Shown here in pieces: positions 28,214-34,640 of a DNA stretch of 34,640 nt. The DNA lies in the NCBI GenBank assembly GCA_015523565.1, contig WAKA01000061.1:1-34640 (forward strand), written 5' to 3'. This DNA comes from Candidatus Heimdallarchaeota archaeon. GTDB taxonomy: Archaea > Asgardarchaeota > Heimdallarchaeia > Heimdallarchaeales > Kariarchaeaceae. The first letter of the stretch is position 1; each line of letters starts with the position of its first letter. Both the position numbers and the translations under genes were made by a program. The notes below the pieces were generated by a model. That model was not told the DNA's origin. It did not search any database and saw only the letters and a list, made by a program, of their open reading frames with translations.

Positions 28214-28921
28214 ATCAAATAAATCCTAAAAATAATTGTTAACTCTTTCCAAAAACACTAAAAAAAATTATGAAACAAAAAAACAAACATAAACAGCCAA
28301 TCAGAAGAAATTAAGCAAATAAGAATACATTAACATGAATCCAATCTTAAATACCCCAACTCATAAGAAAATCCCTGCAAAAACTTGATTAAAAAAACAT
28401 TTTCAAAAAAATGGAAAAAACTAATGAATATCTTGATTTGGTCATGGATTGGATTGATAATCTGTTCCCATAAAAGCCCCAAGCGGGACTTGAACCCGCG
28501 ACCTGCTGATTACAAGTCAGCCGCTCTGCCAGACTGAGCTATTGAGGCAAATTCTGTGCAATATTGTTTGATGAATTAATTTATTTATATTTAGTGATAG
28601 TTTTCAGGTTATATTTAATTTTGGAGGTTACTAGTTTTAAGACATACTAAATTTATGTAATTGAAATGATCTGTTTTATTCCTTTTGTTGATGCGTTCTC
28701 CAATCGTATTCCATTGTTCCATGGTGTCTGTGTTCCTTATTTAGAGTCTATAAATTAAAATTATTTCAGATAACGGTCATGAATGTAGCGATTATCATAA
28801 TATTTCATTTTTATAATGAATGATTGGTTGTTTTTTGTAGTTACATTTTGGTGATTGTGATACCCATTGATTTTTTGCATTCTTTGGCAAAGTTCTTAAC
28901 TTTTAGGGCATTTTATGGGAT
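28214..28921. other. AT-rich intergenic region at a strand-composition switch (candidate replication origin)
   Basis: + strand is A/C-rich to the left and G/T-rich to the right; flanking genes diverge. Confidence 0.45.
28475..28548 (-). tRNA. tRNA-Thr (UGU)
   Basis: Reverse complement GCCTCAATAGCTCAG...CTGAC TTGTAA TCAG...GGTTCAAGTCC...TTGGGGCT; intronless, no encoded CCA. Confidence 0.96.
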
Positions 28922-29854
28922 ATGTTCGGTAAGAAGATGTTCAGCCGTTTGAAGAAGGGCATTGGCGGGATTTTGAAGAAAATACGTTTGAAGCAGTTGG
29001 ATGAGAAGTCGTTGAAGGAGCCAATCCAAGAGTTGATTGAGCTGATGATTGCGAATGAGGTGGCGGTTGAGGTTGCAACGGAGATTGGAGAACGTGTTAA
29101 GCGCGAGCTTATTGAAGCAGGTACGGAGCAGGAGCGTTTCAAGGATGTTCGGCCTTTGCTTCGGGAAGCCCTTCGCAAGGCGATCAAAGAGGTCATTACG
29201 CCACCTGGCGGAGGAATTGACCTGTTTGAGGAGATTCGGAAGAAGCGTGAGGAGGGGGATCCGTATGTTATTGTGATGGAAGGCATCAATGGGACAGGGA
29301 AGACAACGACAATGGCAAAGCTTGCTCATAAGTTTCAGAAAGCAGGTTTTTCGGTTGTTTTTGCGGCTTCGGACACATTTCGTGCTGGTGCCATAGACCA
29401 ATTGTCCAAGCATGGTGAGAAACTTGGGATCAAGACGATTAAACACCAGCAGGGTGGTGACCCTACAGCAGTTGCGATAGATGCCCTTGATCATGCGTAT
29501 GCGAAGGGGATTGATGTTGTGATGGTGGACACAGCAGGTCGGATGCAAAACAACGACAACCTTATTCGTGAGCTGAAAAAGGTTGTTGATAAGACAGAGG
29601 CGGACATGCGTATTTTTGTGGGTGATTCGTTGGCAGGCAACGATGTTATCAGGCAGGCAAGGGAGTTTGCAGATCGTGTAGGGGTGGATGCGGTCATTAT
29701 GACCAAGGCGGATTCTGATGTGAAAGGTGGTGCAGTTCTTTCGGTTGCCCATACGGTTGGGAAACCCATTCTGTATCTTGGTGTTGGTCAGGGCTATGAT
29801 GATCTTCAGGAGTTTGATGCTGATTTCCTTGTTGATCAGATACTACCGAAATGA
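28922..29854 (+). CDS. ftsY: Signal recognition particle receptor FtsY
   Basis: GINGTGKTTT, DTFRAGA, DTAGRM, TKAD, KGG, GVGQGYDDL. Confidence 0.96.
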   Translation: MFGKKMFSRLKKGIGGILKKIRLKQLDEKSLKEPIQELIELMIANEVAVEVATEIGERVKRELIEAGTEQERFKDVRPLLREALRKAIKEVITPPGGGIDLFEEIRKKREEGDPYVIVMEGINGTGKTTTMAKLAHKFQKAGFSVVFAASDTFRAGAIDQLSKHGEKLGIKTIKHQQGGDPTAVAIDALDHAYAKGIDVVMVDTAGRMQNNDNLIRELKKVVDKTEADMRIFVGDSLAGNDVIRQAREFADRVGVDAVIMTKADSDVKGGAVLSVAHTVGKPILYLGVGQGYDDLQEFDADFLVDQILPK

Positions 29855-29948
29855 CCGATGAGTCAGATTTTCATTTCTTTTCATCATACTGCTTTTTTTT
29901 GGGCATTCCCAGCAAAATGGATTTATCTTATCTTTTTCTATTGGATAT

Positions 29949-30734
29949 ATGGCATGGGATGCCAGTTTCAAGAACTTTCTCAAGAATTATCTCGATACTG
30001 AAGTTATAACGGAACTTGATGTACCCACCGCCAACCTCAGGCTTGATTTCTTGATGCGTAACAATGGGAATCTTCCGTCCCCATTCAAATATGCAAGATC
30101 AACCATTTTGGGGGAGTTCAAAAGTGAACGTGACAAGTTCTCCATGAGCCATTTCTTTCAAGGGGTTGCAAAGGGATACCTGCACCTTTCGACTGTCGGA
30201 CGAGGAGATACCCTGTCGCTTATGTTCATTTTGGGTGGAGGCATTCCAGTTCCCTCAGATCTAGTTAATGAGTGCAGGCAAGTTGAAAGAGGCGTCTACG
30301 TAATGTTTCGGGATTTTCAAGTGATCTTGGTTGAACTTGACAAGATAGAGTATGACCAATCCAACGAGTTTTTGGGGATTTTTGCGTCTTCAATCACCAG
30401 AAGAAAAGTGATAGCCAAAGCCCTTCGGAACAAGGAAAGGTTTATTATTTCATATTCATATTTCCTTTATAAGGATGAGGTGGTGGAAGTGGCAAAAGCA
30501 GAAAATATTGAGATAGACCCCCGAAGCCTAAGTATACGGGCGGCGGTGGAGAGTATCGGCATTGACAGGATAATCGAGGAAGTTGGGCTTCCACGAGTAA
30601 TTGAGGAAGTTGGGATTTCAAAAGTTGTCATGGAAATTGGTGTTGAGAAATTATTGGATGGATTGACTCCAGAACAGATGCAGAAATTGAAAAAATCCAT
30701 TGAAAACAGGAATCGAGAGGCAAAAGAAAGTTAG
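29949..30734 (+). CDS. Rpn-like PD-(D/E)XK protein with C-terminal 9-aa repeats
   Basis: WDASFK, LRLDFL, GEFKS catalytic-type pattern; tail IGIDRIIEE/VGLPRVIEE/VGISKVVME/IGVEKLLDG. Confidence 0.65.
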   Translation: MAWDASFKNFLKNYLDTEVITELDVPTANLRLDFLMRNNGNLPSPFKYARSTILGEFKSERDKFSMSHFFQGVAKGYLHLSTVGRGDTLSLMFILGGGIPVPSDLVNECRQVERGVYVMFRDFQVILVELDKIEYDQSNEFLGIFASSITRRKVIAKALRNKERFIISYSYFLYKDEVVEVAKAENIEIDPRSLSIRAAVESIGIDRIIEEVGLPRVIEEVGISKVVMEIGVEKLLDGLTPEQMQKLKKSIENRNREAKES

Positions 30735-30952
30735 AATGATTTAGATAAAGTTGTTGTCATAATGAGAAGAAACCCTCTGATTAATGCCACCGAGTTATTC
30801 CATGCAAAGAGTACAACATTTGACAGGTCTGTAATCTAACCATACAATATCTAATTTTCAACAAAGCATAAAAAACGTTAAATCATTTAATGTCTTGTCA
30901 AATCAATCCTCACAATTAATGACAGCTTGAAGATGAGTTAAGAAGTGGAAAA

Positions 30953-31038
30953 TGGCAAGGACGGGATTTGAACCCGCGCGTGCGGAAGCACACTGGTTTT
31001 CAAGACCAGCCCCTTGGACCAGGCTTGGGTACCTTGCC
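30953..31038 (-). tRNA. tRNA-Ser (UGA), type II
   Basis: Reverse complement GGCAAGG...CTGGT CT TGA AA ACCAG, variable arm GTGC-TTCC-GCAC, GGTTCAAATCC, CCTTGCC-A. Confidence 0.93.
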
Positions 31039-31113
31039 TCATGCATTCTTTCATTTTGTATTTTTTATGGTTTTGGGTAAATTCGTGAATGCAGACAATT
31101 GTGGTTGATATTT

Positions 31114-31875
31114 TCAACAGTTGCCCATTTTCAGGCAACATTTGGGGTTATTCCAGCAAGACCTCGTTTTTTCGACCCATAATGGATCATTGGTAAGGAT
31201 CGCGATATCCCCGTCAGGTTTTGGGGTGATGTTCAGCATTACCTCATTATCTGAAAGGATATAGCTGTTTCCCATCCAGACACTTTGTTTTACTTTGGCA
31301 TTTGGTAATTTCTGGATATTACGGATAAGTTTCATTGTGTTTGGTTCCATTGGGACAATAGCATTGATTTGTTTGACATTAAGTTGATCGGGAATTAGGT
31401 ATTTGAAATAAGGGGAGAATTGTTTTGAAAGGACATACATTATTTTTGATTTTGTTTTCTTTTGTATTCTAAGGATTTCCCTTGGTATTTCATTTTGATG
31501 GTATATGTAGGCGATTGTCCCCTGTTGTTCGTCATATGGGTTCCAATTTTTAGTGATGATTTTTTGGATTTTTTTTATGTGGCTCAGTTTTATTTTCATC
31601 TCTTGTTGTATTCTATTTTCGAACAATTTGATGAGAAGAAATGGATCATTTATGAAAAACATGTTTGGTCTTGTATGCTTGTTTCTTTGAATGAGTCCTT
31701 TTTTTTCAAGAGAAATAAGAGTTGGGTAAATTTTGGAGTTTGGTAGTTTGACCATGGATGCAATTTCTTTTGCGGCTAATGGATTTCCTTGGTCGATGAT
31801 TGCGGCGAGCACCCTTTCCTCCACACTGTTGTCAAGCACCTGCAATTTTTCCAAGAGTGCACGAATTTCTTCCAT
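31114..31875 (-). CDS. TrmB-family transcriptional regulator with Cys-rich C-terminus
   Basis: wHTH LAAKEIASMVKLPNSKIYPTLISLEKKGLI...RP; tail RSCWNNPKCCLKMGNC. Confidence 0.85.
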   Translation of the reverse strand: MEEIRALLEKLQVLDNSVEERVLAAIIDQGNPLAAKEIASMVKLPNSKIYPTLISLEKKGLIQRNKHTRPNMFFINDPFLLIKLFENRIQQEMKIKLSHIKKIQKIITKNWNPYDEQQGTIAYIYHQNEIPREILRIQKKTKSKIMYVLSKQFSPYFKYLIPDQLNVKQINAIVPMEPNTMKLIRNIQKLPNAKVKQSVWMGNSYILSDNEVMLNITPKPDGDIAILTNDPLWVEKTRSCWNNPKCCLKMGNC

Positions 31876-31902
31876 GCATTTATTTGGATGAACCCACAGT
31901 AA

Positions 31903-31992
31903 TACTTGTCGAAGGTAGAATGGATTTTTGATTCAAATGAAAATTAGGTTTTATTGATTGATAAATTCAATGAATTCTACCAATCGAAGGTA
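31903..31992. promoter_or_regulatory. Two TACy-N7-GGTA operator-like sites
   Basis: TACTTGTCGAAGGTA (31903-17) and TACCAATCGAAGGTA (31978-92) in the trmB/arsM divergent gap. Confidence 0.55.
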
Positions 31993-32037
31993 TTTTTGGT
32001 AGGGATTATTTATTTTGCATGGAGACGGAAAGGAACT

Positions 32038-32742
32038 ATGGAGAACATTGAAAAAATTGTAAAGTCATCCTATTCGTCCCGTGCAAGAGACTTAATGGAA
32101 AAGGAAGAATTCATTGACAACAAAGGGTGTTGTGATAAGGAGGGAGGACATGGCACTCAAGCGGTATCTTTTGGATGCAATTCAAGGTTAGTTGATGTTG
32201 CTGGATTGAAGCAAGGGGAAATTGTTCTGGATTTAGGGTCTGGTCCAGGGCACGATGCCCTAATTGCATCTCAAATGGTTGGGAGCAAAGGGAAAGTGAT
32301 AGGGGTTGATTTTTCAGAGGAAATGATAGCACTGTCAAAGCGGAATGCAAAGGGGTATGAAAATGTTGAGTTTGTCTTGGGGGATATTAAGGATTTGCCT
32401 ATAGAGAATGAAAGTGTCGATGTTGTCATCAGCAATTGCGTGATTAATTTGGTTAAAGACAAGCAAAGAGTGTTTTCAGAGGCATATCGTACTCTCCGTC
32501 CAAATGGAAGACTTGTGGTTGCTGACATGATAACATTGGATAAGATTTCTGAAGAGGATACTGATGCATTTTGTGCATGCATAGGGGGAGCAACCTCAAT
32601 TGAGGAATATTTGCACATGATGGAACATGCAGGATTTACGGATGTTTCGGCAGATGAGGTTTTTAGGGATACGATGCAAGTGGGTGATGAAAAGAAAAGA
32701 TATCAGTCTGTTGTTTTCAAGGGCAGAAAACCAAGTGTATGA
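32038..32742 (+). CDS. arsM: Arsenite S-adenosylmethionine methyltransferase
   Basis: GCC, SFGC, LDLGSGPG, ISNCVINL, CACIGGA; the conserved ArsM cysteines are present. Confidence 0.85.
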   Translation: MENIEKIVKSSYSSRARDLMEKEEFIDNKGCCDKEGGHGTQAVSFGCNSRLVDVAGLKQGEIVLDLGSGPGHDALIASQMVGSKGKVIGVDFSEEMIALSKRNAKGYENVEFVLGDIKDLPIENESVDVVISNCVINLVKDKQRVFSEAYRTLRPNGRLVVADMITLDKISEEDTDAFCACIGGATSIEEYLHMMEHAGFTDVSADEVFRDTMQVGDEKKRYQSVVFKGRKPSV

Positions 32743-34470
32743 TCAGTTACGAGCCAAATTAGCAATTGGTGTTGCTTCGCCAATGTATCCAAGTTCGATG
32801 AGTTTGTCAAGCACCTTTTTAGTGCTTTCCTCTACAGTTTCTTGATCAGTATGGCAAACGACCTCTGGGTTGGTTGGGGGTTCATAGGGGTCGTCAATTC
32901 CAGTGAAGTTTTTGATTTCCCCTGCCCTTGCCCGTTTATAGAGTCCTTTGACATCTCGTTGTTCGCACACTTCGATGGGGGCATTGACATAGACTTCTAC
33001 AAAGTTTCCGATTTTTTGCCTGACCTCGTCACGGATTTCCCTGTAAGGCGAAATTGCGGCAACAATAACAACGACGTTGTTTCTGGTCAGAAGCCCTGCG
33101 ACAAAACCGATACGGCGGATGTTTTCGTCTCTGTCCTCCTTTGAGAATCCAAGTCCTTTGGTAAGGTTTTGCCTGATAATATCTCCATCAAGGATTTCAT
33201 ACTTTATACCAAGTTTTTCAAGCTCTTTGCTTAAGTTTTTGGCAATGGTTGATTTTCCTGCACCGCTAAGACCAGTGAACCAGACGGTTACACCCTTTAA
33301 TGATTTCATTTCCTTGGGTTTCATGGAGTTCATGAGCACCTGAGCCACTTCTGGTCTCGTAAATTCCTTTGGAGGCAGTTGTCCTTCAAATAACATGGCC
33401 CTGACTTTTGTACCTGAAAGGAAGACATGGCTTTCCTTGGAGTGGGGACATGTTTTTGCAGTAGCCATTTGGTCACACACGGTGCAGAAGAACGCATGTT
33501 CAAACTTCAATGGTTGGATACCTAGTTCACTTGGCTCAAAAAGATCGAAAATTTTTTGGGCGTCATATGTGCCATAGTATTTTCCGACACCTGCATGATC
33601 TCTTCCGACAATGAAATGTGAACACCCATAATTTTGCCTGCTTATGGCATGAAGAACCGCTTCCCTTGGACCTGCATATCGCATTGCGGCAGGATAGACT
33701 CCAAGCACGACCCTTTCGAGGGGATAATATTTTTCAAGGATGGTTTTATAAGCTTCCATTCTAATGTCTGCGGGAATGTCATCACTTTTTGTCTCACCGA
33801 CAAGAGGGTTGAGGAAGAGCCCATCTACAGTTTCAAGAGCCACCTTTTGAATGTATTCATGAGCCCTGTGAATTGGGTTTCTGGTTTGGAAGGCTACAAT
33901 TGTTCGCCATCCTCTCTTTTTGAATTCAGATCTAGTTTGTTCAGGAGTCAGTCTTTCATTAAGAAAATTCTTGTGCGGAATATCTGCAATGAGCGTAATA
34001 TCCCCCCCAAGGTAGACATTGCCAGACTGCATGAGGGCATTAACTCCAGGATGTGCAGAATTGGTGGTTTTGTATACCATTTCCGCCTCCATTTTTTTGT
34101 CTGGAATGAATTTACTGGAGACGTCCATGATTGCAATAACTTGGTCATCCCAACAAAGAGAAATCTGAGATCCAGTATCAATTGTTTCTGCAATTTTCTC
34201 AGTGACTGGAAGAGTAATTGGAACTGTCCAGACCAGACCGTTTGCAAGCCTCATATTTCGAACTACGTTCAAATAGTCCTCCTGGTTCATGAATCCAGTT
34301 AAGGGAGAATATATTCCTGTTGCAATGCATTCCAAGTCAGCCAAGGATCTATTGGTCAGATTGATTTTTGGCAGGTCTTGTCCCATTTCGAGTAATTTTT
34401 GAGCTTCAGATCCTGTAACTCTTCTATTGATTAGTTTCCCGCCATGCGGGGGAACTAGTACATTTTCCAT
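32743..34470 (-). CDS. sat-cysC: Bifunctional sulfate adenylyltransferase / APS kinase
   Basis: [24 protein letters not shown], followed by [32 protein letters not shown]. Confidence 0.95.
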   Translation of the reverse strand: MENVLVPPHGGKLINRRVTGSEAQKLLEMGQDLPKINLTNRSLADLECIATGIYSPLTGFMNQEDYLNVVRNMRLANGLVWTVPITLPVTEKIAETIDTGSQISLCWDDQVIAIMDVSSKFIPDKKMEAEMVYKTTNSAHPGVNALMQSGNVYLGGDITLIADIPHKNFLNERLTPEQTRSEFKKRGWRTIVAFQTRNPIHRAHEYIQKVALETVDGLFLNPLVGETKSDDIPADIRMEAYKTILEKYYPLERVVLGVYPAAMRYAGPREAVLHAISRQNYGCSHFIVGRDHAGVGKYYGTYDAQKIFDLFEPSELGIQPLKFEHAFFCTVCDQMATAKTCPHSKESHVFLSGTKVRAMLFEGQLPPKEFTRPEVAQVLMNSMKPKEMKSLKGVTVWFTGLSGAGKSTIAKNLSKELEKLGIKYEILDGDIIRQNLTKGLGFSKEDRDENIRRIGFVAGLLTRNNVVVIVAAISPYREIRDEVRQKIGNFVEVYVNAPIEVCEQRDVKGLYKRARAGEIKNFTGIDDPYEPPTNPEVVCHTDQETVEESTKKVLDKLIELGYIGEATPIANLARN

Positions 34471-34640
34471 GTTATGAAAATCTATGTTTGTATTTAATTG
34501 CTTTTAGTTATTGCTTCGTGTTAGGGAAAGAGATATACAAGACAATTAAATTGAGAATGTGGCTTAGGAAGAAAGAGAAGGATTATTGAAAAAATCATTT
34601 TATAAGATTAAAAATAGTAATCAAATACCAATAAACAAAA

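Noticed and set aside
28700-28730. ORB-like TTCCA repeats
   Set aside because: No TTCCAxTGGA dyad or G-string; not supportable as ORBs
28913-29752. 279-aa antisense ORF
   Set aside because: Shadow of ftsY, favoured by the G/T codon bias; no recognisable motifs
29949-29970. Possible att duplicate of the tRNA-Ser 3' end (ATGGCA...GGGAT)
   Set aside because: Match is too short, and there is no integrase in the window
33634-34302. 222-aa + strand ORF
   Set aside because: Antisense shadow of sat-cysC
1-34640. CRISPR array, transposase or prophage
   Set aside because: No regularly spaced repeats or recognisable mobile-element genes seen by eye

Overview
Archaeal chromosomal segment, AT-rich. 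An Asgard/Heimdallarchaeia-like source is my inference, from the archaeal r-proteins, eL20/LX, prefoldin, an LRR protein and paralogous 7TM proteins. Bases 1-20 are a Nextera/Tn5 adapter remnant. In order, the window holds: an Opp/Dpp-type ABC transporter cluster with extra membrane genes, a split methylmalonyl-CoA mutase, NMN adenylyltransferase, a truncated rpl3-rpl4-rpl23-rpl2 operon, an LRR protein, a P-type ATPase, PPAT, a DUF2122-like SPOUT protein, an RbgA/YlqF-type GTPase, an AbrB-domain protein, IMPase/FBPase, dtdA, rplX, pfdA, a tRNA methylthiotransferase, two 7TM paralogues, a DUF998-like protein, a nucleoside phosphorylase, tRNA-Thr(UGU), ftsY, an Rpn-like PD-(D/E)XK protein, tRNA-Ser(UGA), a TrmB regulator divergent from arsM, and a sat-cysC fusion. 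The main discovery is a circularly permuted 5S rRNA gene at about 19089-19211. Its 3' half lies before its 5' half, helix I is capped by a UACG loop, and the flanks form a relaxed bulge-helix-bulge motif. Cleavage and ligation there would give a 123-nt circular 5S rRNA. Other notable items: rpl3 apparently starts at AUU behind a leader hairpin; the P2A-like ATPase has a flippase-like PINIP motif and has lost several Ca2+ ligands; a sharp strand-composition switch at about 28.2-28.9 kb marks a candidate replication origin; the Rpn-like gene has a candidate intragenic antitoxin start; and the Cys-tailed TrmB has two operator-like repeats before arsM. All calls come from manual motif reading; no searches were run.
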